Source: a virus (Duplodnaviria > Caudoviricetes). From it: a stretch of DNA of 43,113 bases. The notes beneath the pieces are model-generated. The model did no database searches. It was given only the letters and a program-made list of their open reading frames with translations, and was not told the origin of the DNA. The stretch covers positions 1 to 43,113 of IMG/VR virus record IMGVR_UViG_3300017565_000026; one strand, given 5' to 3'. The translations under genes were made by a program, and so were the position numbers. Positions 7,252 to 15,354 of this stretch are shown piece after piece (position 1 is the first letter of the stretch; every line of letters starts with the position of its first letter).

Positions 7252-7983
7252 ATGGACGAATTTATCCACATTGAGTCACATCCCATTATGGATGAGACAC
7301 AACTATCGCAAAAAATTGGCTTAGCCCTTCGCACCGCACGGAAACAGCGCGGGCTTGTTATGCGCGACATTGCGGCAGCCGCTGGCGTTAGCACTGGCGC
7401 AGTCGGCAACTGGGAACGTGGCGCGAACGTCATGTCGATGGAGAATCTTCAAGCGGTTGCATCCTTCCTCGACATTGACCCAATTGCATTGAGCAAGGGA
7501 ACCGTTCGTTACCTGTCCAATCAGAGCGATGTTTCGGATGCGGAAATCGTATCCGACATGACCCACATTGATACCGGCCCACTCGATGTGGAGATACTGG
7601 GCGTAGCCGTAGGCGGCGATGATGGCGACTTCACCTTAAATGGAGAAGTCGCAGGTTATGCTCGCCGACCGGCTGGCATCGCTCATCTGAGAAAAGTGTT
7701 TGCACTTCATGTACTTAGTGACAGCATGGAACCGCGATACGAGCCGGGAGAACTGCTATATTGCGGCGGACGTGACGCGGTGGCTGGTGATGATGTCGTT
7801 ATAGAGACCTTTCCTGCAGAGGGCGAAACAGTAGGAAAAGCCTATATTAAACGCCTTGTTAAACGGTCGAAAACTGAAATTATTTGCAAGCAATACAACC
7901 CTGCTAAGGAACTGGTTTTCGACCCCTACGCTATCAAGAATATGTGGCGAGTGATACCTACGCGCGAGCTTCTCGGCTATTGA
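7252..7983 (+). CDS. cI: CI-like repressor (XRE HTH + S24 autopeptidase); start may be 7288
   Basis: HTH IAAAAGVSTGAVGNWERG; S24 Ser motif SDSMEP and Lys motif YIKRL. Confidence 0.92.
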   Translation: MDEFIHIESHPIMDETQLSQKIGLALRTARKQRGLVMRDIAAAAGVSTGAVGNWERGANVMSMENLQAVASFLDIDPIALSKGTVRYLSNQSDVSDAEIVSDMTHIDTGPLDVEILGVAVGGDDGDFTLNGEVAGYARRPAGIAHLRKVFALHVLSDSMEPRYEPGELLYCGGRDAVAGDDVVIETFPAEGETVGKAYIKRLVKRSKTEIICKQYNPAKELVFDPYAIKNMWRVIPTRELLGY

Positions 7984-8245
7984 TCATGTACGCATCAGCA
8001 TAGATTCGAGCATTCGAGGATACGAATCTCGGACTCAGACTGATGTTGCGTCCAGGCATCCCCTCATCCCTACAACCAGTGCAAAACAGCTTCAAGCCGA
8101 GCTGCCGAATGGTTGTCTGGGGCGTAACCTTAGCCCGTGACCGATACAGATCATGGGGTTTAAGCCAGCGGATCCGCCCGCAATCAGCACATTCAATCTC
8201 AATCACCGACGTAGACCCTACAGTTGGCTCCTGCACACAAGACAT
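7958..8245 (-). CDS. Small Zn-ribbon protein, LexA-boxed, convergent on cI
   Basis: IEIECADCGR..LKLFCTGCRD (two CxxC motifs); ATG at 8245 just downstream of an SOS box. Confidence 0.65.
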   Translation of the reverse strand: MSCVQEPTVGSTSVIEIECADCGRIRWLKPHDLYRSRAKVTPQTTIRQLGLKLFCTGCRDEGMPGRNISLSPRFVSSNARIYADAYMINSREARA

Positions 8246-8259
8246 TCCACAACCACCCT

Positions 8260-8274
8260 GTTCTAATTTTGTTC
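8260..8274 (-). promoter_or_regulatory. Alphaproteobacterial LexA (SOS) box
   Basis: GTTC-TAATTTT-GTTC is a perfect GTTC-N7-GTTC match. Confidence 0.8.
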
Positions 8275-8329
8275 TCACTATTGATTCTTTTTTTCGCGTT
8301 GTCGAATCGATTTTCGCTTTAACGATTTT

Positions 8330-8365
8330 AAAGTATCACTTGCATTTGTTTTAAAGCAGTGCTTT
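8330..8365. promoter_or_regulatory. Operator pair and early promoter (OL/PL-like)
   Basis: AAAGTATCACTTG (8330-8342) and AAAGCAGTGCTTT (8353-8365); a TTGCAT -35-like hexamer overlaps the first site. Confidence 0.7.
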
Positions 8366-8413
8366 CTTTCACCGCGCAATCTGGCTCGCCAGACAGATAA
8401 CGGATGGAAGAAG

Positions 8414-8644
8414 ATGATTCAATTTCAACCCAAAACACAATCACCCGTAGCCCGCACTTGCATCAGTAGCGTTGAAAGCCGGCTAGCCGACAAGATGCGC
8501 GAGATGGCATTTGCAGGCGAGAACGTTACGCCTGAAACCCTCAAAAACCATGGCTTTTCCCGCGAAATCGTTGCGAAGCTCGGCCAGCGTGCGGCTGCCC
8601 TCGCCCGTCGCCAGTCGATCAAAAGGATCGACCGCCATGCGTGA
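8414..8644 (+). CDS. Hypothetical early protein
   Basis: First ORF after PL; purine-rich RBS. Confidence 0.65.
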   Translation: MIQFQPKTQSPVARTCISSVESRLADKMREMAFAGENVTPETLKNHGFSREIVAKLGQRAAALARRQSIKRIDRHA

Positions 8645-8798
8645 TGAAGTCCAATTCCACACCGAGGCGGGGTTTTCTCTGCCCGCAAACTACAAGATCG
8701 AAGATCGAGAAACGACATTTCGCATCATGCTGATTGTCTTCGGATGCTGCTTTGCGGCTGGCACCGTACTCGGGTTGCAGATGGCGGGGTTGATATGA
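8637..8798 (+). CDS. Small membrane protein
   Basis: MRDEVQFH..IMLIVFGCCFAAGTVLGLQMAGLI hydrophobic C-terminus; overlaps both neighbours. Confidence 0.5.
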   Translation: MRDEVQFHTEAGFSLPANYKIEDRETTFRIMLIVFGCCFAAGTVLGLQMAGLI

Positions 8799-9928
8799 CT
8801 GGACCGACCGCCATCAGATTCACCATCGAACGGCGCGCACTGCTTCCGGCCTTGTCGGCTGTCAACCGCGCCGTGGAAAAGCGAAACACGATACCTATTC
8901 TCGGCAATGTGTTAATAAAATCGGAAGAAGGTTATCTGACGATCACCGGCACTAATCTCGATATCGAGGTTAAGTCTCGAGCCAGGCAGACCGGCATACC
9001 CGACTTCCCACCATTTACGGTTCCTTCCGCTCTCCTACATGCTGCGGTCAGTAAGTTTCCGGACGGTTGCGAAATCGAGTTCACTGTCGACAGCGCTGCG
9101 GTCACCATTCGGGCCGGACGATCGCGACTTCAGTTGCCGCTTTTACCAGCGAAAGACTTCCCGGCAATGAGTGAAGGCGATTTCACTCATCAATTCGCGA
9201 TGACGAGCAACGATCTGTCACGGGCCATATCCACTGTTGGATTTGCCGTTTCAACAGAAGAAACCCGATACTATCTCAATGGCATATTTATGCACCGCGA
9301 TCAGGACCAGTTGGCATTTGTAGCCACTGACGGGCATCAATTCGCTTATATGAAGATTTCTGCGCCAGAAGGCAGTAGTGATATTCCGGGAGTGATTATC
9401 CCTCGCGGTGTGCTCACGTTGCTCGCCCACTGCGCCAAAGTCGATGGTGAAGTTGCATTCTGTCTGTCAGATCGCAAGATCCGCACTGCATTTCCCGATG
9501 GGGTGACTGTCACGTCGAAACTTGTCGACGGCACCTACCCGGATTATCGACGCATCATTCCTTCCGGACATGACAAGACATACAGCGTTGACCGCGAGGC
9601 ACTGCTTGCCGCCGTTGGTCGTGTGAGCCTGGTGGTGCCGGAGAAATCTGATGCTGTCAGGTTCACTTTTGGATCTGAAGACGTGCGTCTGGAGATCAAT
9701 AATCCAGAAGCCGGTCATATGGAGGATGCTGTCACTCTTTCCGATAGCCATCCAGAAGATACCGTCATCGGCCTAAGCTATCGATATTGCACCAACGTGT
9801 TGAGCGCCACAGATGCGAGCGAGATGCGCTTTTCGCTCAACGATCCCACGAGTCCATGCCTTGTCTCACCAGTAATGGATCCAGAGGCTGGAGATCCTCC
9901 CCTTTTTCTCATTATGCCAATGCGTTGA
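8795..9928 (+). CDS. dnaN: DNA polymerase III beta sliding clamp
   Basis: AVEKRNTIPILGNVLI, TGTNLDIE, STEETRYYLNGI, VATDGH, SKLVDGTYPDYRRIIP, LIMPMR; full three-domain length. Confidence 0.95.
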   Translation: MTGPTAIRFTIERRALLPALSAVNRAVEKRNTIPILGNVLIKSEEGYLTITGTNLDIEVKSRARQTGIPDFPPFTVPSALLHAAVSKFPDGCEIEFTVDSAAVTIRAGRSRLQLPLLPAKDFPAMSEGDFTHQFAMTSNDLSRAISTVGFAVSTEETRYYLNGIFMHRDQDQLAFVATDGHQFAYMKISAPEGSSDIPGVIIPRGVLTLLAHCAKVDGEVAFCLSDRKIRTAFPDGVTVTSKLVDGTYPDYRRIIPSGHDKTYSVDREALLAAVGRVSLVVPEKSDAVRFTFGSEDVRLEINNPEAGHMEDAVTLSDSHPEDTVIGLSYRYCTNVLSATDASEMRFSLNDPTSPCLVSPVMDPEAGDPPLFLIMPMR

Positions 9929-9944
9929 TAGGAGCGCGGGAACC

Positions 9945-10133
9945 ATGCCGGATAAAGCAAGGCCGACCGAGGCCGAAATCAAATATGCGATCGAATATGC
10001 CCTGCGGAGCGAAAAGATCACTGCAGAGGTGTCGGACGGATGCGGCGGCTCGCAGGAAGATGTTGTCTATATGACCGTTACCGACATCGAGCCATTCACC
10101 ATGCGCTTGCTGCAGCAGCTCAACGTTATTTGA
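9945..10133 (+). CDS. Small hypothetical protein
   Basis: 62 aa with AGGAG RBS, in the early operon. Confidence 0.55.
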   Translation: MPDKARPTEAEIKYAIEYALRSEKITAEVSDGCGGSQEDVVYMTVTDIEPFTMRLLQQLNVI

Positions 10134-10147
10134 GAGAGGCGTGAACG

Positions 10148-11035
10148 ATGAATCTCACCAATTTGCGCGCCGCCAATGTCGCCCGCGATCAGGAATGGAA
10201 CACCGGCAGCGAACGTGTTTCGATGACATTTCGCGCCACTGAGCTTGCCGGTGAAGTCGGCGAGGCCTGCAACGTCATCAAGAAGCTGGAACGCGAGCGC
10301 ATCGGGCTTGTCGGATCCCGCGACACGAAAGAACATCTTGCCGAGGAACTGGCAGATATTGTCATCTGCACGGATCTTGTCGCGATGGATGCCGGTATTG
10401 ATCTGGATGCGGAAATTGCCGCCAAGTTCAACGCCACGAGCGAGAAGAACGGATTAACGACCCGGCTGTCCATATCTATGCCCGCCATGGCACTCCCTTT
10501 CGAAGCAACCCAAGGAATGATCAAAGCTGCGCTCGATCTGGTCTGGGAAGAAAGCGAGACACATGACGATCTCGTTTGCCGTTTGTGGCGCGCCATGGCG
10601 GCGGTCGCTCCAGACCAGCCATCCGCAGCGCCTGAACTGGCGTTGGATGGACATGAAATAAATCTAGCGCAAACCCTGTGCCGTGATGTTTGCGGCAACG
10701 ATAGCTGGCATGATGTTTATACCTATAGGACTGATTACTACCGTTCATTAGCTCGCAGCGCTATCCGCTCCCTATCCTACCCGGACCATGCCGAAGCCAG
10801 CAAGGTCGAGGGGGGCGGCTGGTTGCCGTTTGAGAGCGCGCCAAGGGACGGGACTGTCATTGATCTTTGGTGTGAACCTCACGATGCCTTTGAGGTTGGC
10901 AACGCTTGCCGGTGGCCCGGCGCTCGCTTCGATGGTGCTAGATGGCGCACCCGATACGTTGAAAACATCGAAGATTGCTGGAAGCCCACCCACTGGCGTT
11001 CTCTCCCCACCCCTCCAAGCACTGAGGTGGCGTGA
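10148..11035 (+). CDS. MazG-like NTP pyrophosphohydrolase fused to a DUF551-like domain
   Basis: ELAGEVGEACNVIKK..LAEELADIV; C-terminal WLPFESAPRDGT..PTHWRSLPTPP. Confidence 0.8.
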   Translation: MNLTNLRAANVARDQEWNTGSERVSMTFRATELAGEVGEACNVIKKLERERIGLVGSRDTKEHLAEELADIVICTDLVAMDAGIDLDAEIAAKFNATSEKNGLTTRLSISMPAMALPFEATQGMIKAALDLVWEESETHDDLVCRLWRAMAAVAPDQPSAAPELALDGHEINLAQTLCRDVCGNDSWHDVYTYRTDYYRSLARSAIRSLSYPDHAEASKVEGGGWLPFESAPRDGTVIDLWCEPHDAFEVGNACRWPGARFDGARWRTRYVENIEDCWKPTHWRSLPTPPSTEVA

Positions 11036-11799
11036 TGGCTGAGAATAGCAAAATCGAATGGACCGACCACACCTTTAACCCGTGGATCGGCTGCACCAAG
11101 GTATCGCCAGCTTGTGATGGCTGCTATGCGGAAAACCTCATGCAAAACCGTATGGGCCGCGTCCACTGGGGAGCCGGCGAAGATCGCCAACGCACAAGTG
11201 AAGCCAATTGGCGCAAGCCTTTGACTTGGGACCGCGCCGCAGCAGCTAGCGGAAAGGGAACCTTTGTATTCTGCGCTTCACTCGCAGACGTTTTCGATAA
11301 TGAGGTTGAAGACCTCTGGCGCGCCGATCTGTTCCGCTTGATCGAGAGCACGCCGCACCTGACATGGCTGCTGCTGACCAAGCGCATTGGCAACGTTCGA
11401 AAGATGACAGACCCAATGCGTGGCAATCCATTGCTGCCAAGCAATGTCGGGGTCGGAGCAACTATCGTAAGTCAGGATGAATACGACCGCGATGCGCCTA
11501 AGCTTTCGGACGTAAAAGAATGCTGCGGCCCGCTCTTCACCTTTGTCAGCATGGAGCCGTTGCTAGGTCCAATCAAGCTCGACCGACATGCCCCAGATTG
11601 GATAATCGTCGGGGGCGAGACAGATCAGGGGCAGCACAAAGCGCGCTATGCTGATCCAGCTTGGTTCCGTTCTATCCGTGATCAAGCTCACGCTCTGCAC
11701 CGAGCGTTCTTCATGAAGCAGATGTCGCGCAAAGCTGAAATTCCGGTCGATTTGCTTATTCGCGAGTTTCCATCAGGAGGCGACCGTCATGGCGATTAA
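11035..11799 (+). CDS. Gp37/Gp68 family (DUF5131) radical-SAM-like protein
   Basis: SKIEWTDHTFNPWIGCTKVSPACDGCYAE, FCASLADVF, LLLTKR, FVSMEPLLGPI, DWIIVGGET, FFMKQ. Confidence 0.92.
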   Translation: MAENSKIEWTDHTFNPWIGCTKVSPACDGCYAENLMQNRMGRVHWGAGEDRQRTSEANWRKPLTWDRAAAASGKGTFVFCASLADVFDNEVEDLWRADLFRLIESTPHLTWLLLTKRIGNVRKMTDPMRGNPLLPSNVGVGATIVSQDEYDRDAPKLSDVKECCGPLFTFVSMEPLLGPIKLDRHAPDWIIVGGETDQGQHKARYADPAWFRSIRDQAHALHRAFFMKQMSRKAEIPVDLLIREFPSGGDRHGD

Positions 11800-12058
11800 G
11801 TTCTTGGTTGACCCACGCGATGTACCACCGGAGAAGGCTGCTCGCCGCCTTGGCCTCACATTGGAGAGATTCGGCGAACTATTACCGCGCTTGCTACAGC
11901 GAGGCTTTCCGCCATCAGACCCAGATACCGGATATTACGATCTCGACGCCATCGATGAATGGCGCGCCTCGCGTCACAAGCGCATCTTGCAAACGAATCA
12001 ATCTCCTGCGCAATCTAGCGGCTTGGTGGCAGCAAGATTGGAGCGTCTTGGTGGGTAA
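11789..12058 (+). CDS. Excisionase-like winged-helix protein
   Basis: Small, directly upstream of int; AARRLGL..GFPP..YDLDAIDEW. Confidence 0.7.
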   Translation: MAIKFLVDPRDVPPEKAARRLGLTLERFGELLPRLLQRGFPPSDPDTGYYDLDAIDEWRASRHKRILQTNQSPAQSSGLVAARLERLGG

Positions 12059-13169
12059 AGTGGATATCCCTTATTACGTGGTTAAAAAGGGCAAGTACGG
12101 CTATTGGCAACCCACCAAAGTGATGAAGGAAGCTGGCTTCCTGCCGGTCCGCTGCGGCGTGGACGGCCCCGCAGCATGGAAAATAGCTGCGGAATGGAAC
12201 GAGCGCTGGCAGAGACACAGGCAGGGCCGGGCGCAGGACACCAGCCCACGTTGGCCTATCGGGTCGATAGGCGAAGCGTTCGAGCGCTATAAGAAAACAG
12301 AGGAATGGTCCAAAAATAAAAAACCGCGCACCCGCGAAGAGTGGGAGCGCGCCTGGGTGAGAATTTCACCTGTATTCGGAGATCTGCCACCAACCAGCCC
12401 CGAAATCTCGCTTGAAACCCTCTCTCGCTTTCGAGCGATGATCGAGACAAACGTATCACTGCGCGAGGCATGGCGAACGATTAAGATCTGGCGGGCGCTC
12501 TGGAATGTCTGCAAGGGGCTGAATTACACCGGCCAGAAAAACGACCCGTCATCTGCGATATCCAATCGTGCACCACAACCCCGCTCCAGTTCGTGGCGCG
12601 AATGGGAAGTTGTGCGGCTGGCGAAAAGAGCTTGGCGTGAAAAATATTACGGCCTCGCTGTCACTATCGCGCTCGCGTGGGATACTCAGTTCTCCCCGGC
12701 AGATCTGCGCAAATTGACAATTAGTGGAATCGAAGGAAAGGGAATGGACCGCTACTTCCCTGTGGGACGCGCCAAGACAGGTCGATCCGCTATTGGCACG
12801 TTGGGAAAGCGTTCCCTCGCCTTGATGGACGCCTATTTGAAAGACAGCCCCTGCGAGGTTGGTGCGTTCCTCCGCAATCGCAGCGGTGCTCCTTATTCCC
12901 GATTCACGCTGCCAGACGATTTTGCGGTTATTCGCGAACTTTGCTTCCCCGGCGATAAGCGCACACTCGCCGACATGCGGCGCTCTGGCGCGATTGAAGC
13001 TCAGGCTGGAGGAGCCACACCAGCCGAGACAGCCGCAAAGATGGCGAACTCGATTTCGAGCGCCAACGCCATTCATAAAACGTATCAGCCGGTGGATCTA
13101 ACTGCCGTTCGCCAGGCAGATGCTGCACGCCGACGAGGGCGCCAGAGAATGCGCGATCAGAACAAATGA
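12051..13169 (+). CDS. int: Tyrosine-recombinase-fold integrase with atypical catalytic motifs
   Basis: Size, position between xis and attP, KTG loop, DMRRSG box and C-terminal Tyr (HKTYQP). GTG start at 12051 has a GGAG RBS. Confidence 0.8.
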   Translation: MGKVDIPYYVVKKGKYGYWQPTKVMKEAGFLPVRCGVDGPAAWKIAAEWNERWQRHRQGRAQDTSPRWPIGSIGEAFERYKKTEEWSKNKKPRTREEWERAWVRISPVFGDLPPTSPEISLETLSRFRAMIETNVSLREAWRTIKIWRALWNVCKGLNYTGQKNDPSSAISNRAPQPRSSSWREWEVVRLAKRAWREKYYGLAVTIALAWDTQFSPADLRKLTISGIEGKGMDRYFPVGRAKTGRSAIGTLGKRSLALMDAYLKDSPCEVGAFLRNRSGAPYSRFTLPDDFAVIRELCFPGDKRTLADMRRSGAIEAQAGGATPAETAAKMANSISSANAIHKTYQPVDLTAVRQADAARRRGRQRMRDQNK

Positions 13170-13177
13170 TGAAGAAA

Positions 13178-13371
13178 AGTTGGAACTCGAAAATTATCGA
13201 GTTGGAACTTTCGCAATTTGATGGAGCTAAGCTATTGAAAAGGTGGCGATCCCGACAGGATTCGAACCTGTGACCATCGGCTTAGAAGGCGGTAACATAC
13301 TCAGCAATTACAGCAGTAGTTCCAACTTTTGAAGGGCGCTCGCGGCCCCTAAAATGGCAAGAGTTGGAACT
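13178..13371. repeat. Integrase arm-type sites of attP
   Basis: AGTTGGAACT at 13178-13187, 13200-13209 and 13362-13371, and inverted at 13318-13327, flanking the core. Confidence 0.8.
13244..13290 (-). mobile_element. attP core, 3' half of tRNA-Arg(TCT)
   Basis: The - strand reads GCCTTCTAAGCCGATGGTCACAGGTTCGAATCCTGTCGGGATCGCCA: anticodon loop, T arm and CCA, with no 5' half. Confidence 0.88.
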
Positions 13372-13390
13372 TTTGATCTTCGCGCTACCA

Positions 13391-13428
13391 AAATATCCAG
13401 TATGCGATTAGTCGCAAACTGGATATTT
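13391..13428. terminator. Long hairpin downstream of the HNH defence gene, probable terminator
   Basis: AAATATCCAGT-A-TGCGA TTAG TCGCA-A-ACTGGATATTT, 16 of 17 positions paired. Confidence 0.5.
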
Positions 13429-13480
13429 CAGCTTCGAGCAAGAGAATCAATAGCTCCGTAAGAAGCAGGACGCATACGCA

Positions 13481-14101
13481 TTAGGGAAGTATCTGACCGC
13501 GATGCTGGAAGGCTATATGTGCATAACCATTCGCGGTCCCGTCTTCCCGAATGTAGTCGTCGAGTTCAAGCTCCTCCCCATCAAGATATTCGAGGACTTT
13601 CTCGCGATCCTTGCGTAATTCAGGGTGATTTAATTGGAGCACATCAATCATTACCTCTGCAGCTAGATCGCCAAGTACTGAAGGCACAACTTCGCCGCTC
13701 CGCCGAAACGAGAAACGCGAGGTACATGCGGCATAGATCGGCTCGACATGATTATTCTCATCGAACCAATCATCCTTGACATTGCCACAGGTTGGAGATG
13801 GCGCGCCGTGGGCGTCGCGCTGACCACAACTTAGGAACAGATTATTGTACTCCACTTGGAGTTCAGGAAAGGTAGCCCTGGGTCGGAAATGCTCAATATG
13901 AAACGTCTGCCCAGGGTAGGACAAATCAAGTCGACGTCCGCAGTACACACACAATCCTCGCTGCTCACGAAAAAACTCGCAAACCAATGCTTTTCTTACA
14001 TTCTTATCGAGATTCCTGTATGTGGGCCGCCAATCCTCATTCTCATCACCCAGCCAACTAATAAATTCAGCTGGCGCGGCTTCTTTACGACTGCCCTTCA
14101 T
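13481..14101 (-). CDS. ptuB: PtuB-like HNH nuclease (TIGR02646-type)
   Basis: EQRGLCVYCGRR..HIEHFRPR..YNNLFLSC..CGNVK..IDVLQLN; directly after an ABC ATPase. Confidence 0.8.
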   Translation of the reverse strand: MKGSRKEAAPAEFISWLGDENEDWRPTYRNLDKNVRKALVCEFFREQRGLCVYCGRRLDLSYPGQTFHIEHFRPRATFPELQVEYNNLFLSCGQRDAHGAPSPTCGNVKDDWFDENNHVEPIYAACTSRFSFRRSGEVVPSVLGDLAAEVMIDVLQLNHPELRKDREKVLEYLDGEELELDDYIREDGTANGYAHIAFQHRGQILP

Positions 14102-14103
14102 TT

Positions 14104-15354
14104 CTAACCCCTGAGTTTTTTAAGACGCTTCATCAAAAGCAACAACTCAGGCGGGTCACCTTCAATTTGCTTCTTAATCTGCTCAAACAACAACTCAGCG
14201 TGATCCAAGTTCTTGGTATCTATTGCATCGTTAAATCTGTCAATTAGACGGTCGCTCTCCGGGAAGCGCTCATGAGCACCAAATACGCCTTCTAACAAGT
14301 AGTTACTGGTTTGCCCTTTTGTTTTTAAAGGTATCTTTACTTCATGCCCCCCGTCTTCATTTCTTTCCAATATACGAACATGCTCTCGTTCTATCGATGA
14401 TATTACTTGTGGAGAATGTGTTGTTATTATAAATTGGCATTCCTTGAATACACGGCGCAATGTAACAAGAATTTTACTTTGCCATTCCGGATGGAGGTTC
14501 AGTTCAATTTCATCTATTAATACGATACCTGGTATATCGCTCAACGAAGCGTCTGGCTTCATTAACTGAAGCCGTCGCGCTAAGTCTGCCAGAAGTATAA
14601 TGAAAGATCGCTCCCCCGAGGAAAGCATGCTGACATGAACAGACGATCCGTCCTGCTTGTCAAAATAGAGTCCCACTGGATTGCGTGTCGAGGAATAAGT
14701 GACGCGTTTGAAGCCGTCAATCTCAGTGATGAGTTTTCTTATCGCCTCCAGTTGAGGATCTCTGAATTCTCTATCTAGGTCTCGTACGGTTCTAGCTTCC
14801 TGGGCGTCGTGTCTATCCCACCAAGATTCCAAATGACTAATAGCTTTAAGCTCGCCCTGCAGCGACGTTATGATAGTGGCTTTTTTGTCAACTAGTTCAC
14901 CCGACATACCGCCATTGTTTTCAAACCCTCTGTCCTGTCGATAGTATACCATCAAAGGTCGTTCGACCTTTGCAAAGCCACCACTGTAAGCAGTATTGAA
15001 GAAGTTCAAAAGATCCGGGTTTTCATGCAAACCTTGATGCTCTGAATAGAGGTTTAATTTTTCCGGGAACCCAATTCCTTTAAATTCGCCCCAATTTACT
15101 TTGATGCTGATAAAAGTCGCCTGATCAGGCCGCTTCTTATCTGTTGCGGGGATCCTTGTATCCGGCCCCATCGGCTCAAACTCGTCAGAGCGCCAGGAGA
15201 ATTGTATTACTCTTAACAGGGTGGCGGCGGCATCAAGGACAGAAGACTTGCCTACACCGTTTCGCCCCACAATAATGGTGAGGTCGTGATTGAACTCTAA
15301 GGCTAGCCTGTCAATCCCGCGATAATTTTCAAGGTAGAGCCTATCAATTTTCAT
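14104..15354 (-). CDS. ptuA: PtuA-like ABC ATPase (Septu-type defence)
   Basis: Walker A GRNGVGKS, signature LSSGERS, Walker B IVLIDEIELNLHPEWQ, QFIITTHSP; visibly AT-richer than the flanks. Confidence 0.8.
   Translation of the reverse strand: MKIDRLYLENYRGIDRLALEFNHDLTIIVGRNGVGKSSVLDAAATLLRVIQFSWRSDEFEPMGPDTRIPATDKKRPDQATFISIKVNWGEFKGIGFPEKLNLYSEHQGLHENPDLLNFFNTAYSGGFAKVERPLMVYYRQDRGFENNGGMSGELVDKKATIITSLQGELKAISHLESWWDRHDAQEARTVRDLDREFRDPQLEAIRKLITEIDGFKRVTYSSTRNPVGLYFDKQDGSSVHVSMLSSGERSFIILLADLARRLQLMKPDASLSDIPGIVLIDEIELNLHPEWQSKILVTLRRVFKECQFIITTHSPQVISSIEREHVRILERNEDGGHEVKIPLKTKGQTSNYLLEGVFGAHERFPESDRLIDRFNDAIDTKNLDHAELLFEQIKKQIEGDPPELLLLMKRLKKLRG

Noticed and set aside
11808-12050. Long N-terminal extension of the integrase in the ORF track
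   Set aside because: It overlaps xis almost entirely; GTG at 12051 has a proper RBS and gives a typical integrase length.
13160-13174. LexA box at the end of int (GAAC-N7-GAAG)
   Set aside because: Mismatch in the second half-site and no downstream gene to control.
13244-13290. Functional tRNA-Arg gene
   Set aside because: Only the anticodon loop to CCA is present; the D arm and 5' acceptor strand are missing, so it is the attP core.
13178-13371. CRISPR-like or other repeat array
   Set aside because: Repeats are 10 bp, irregularly spaced and one is inverted; they fit integrase arm sites, and no cas genes are present.
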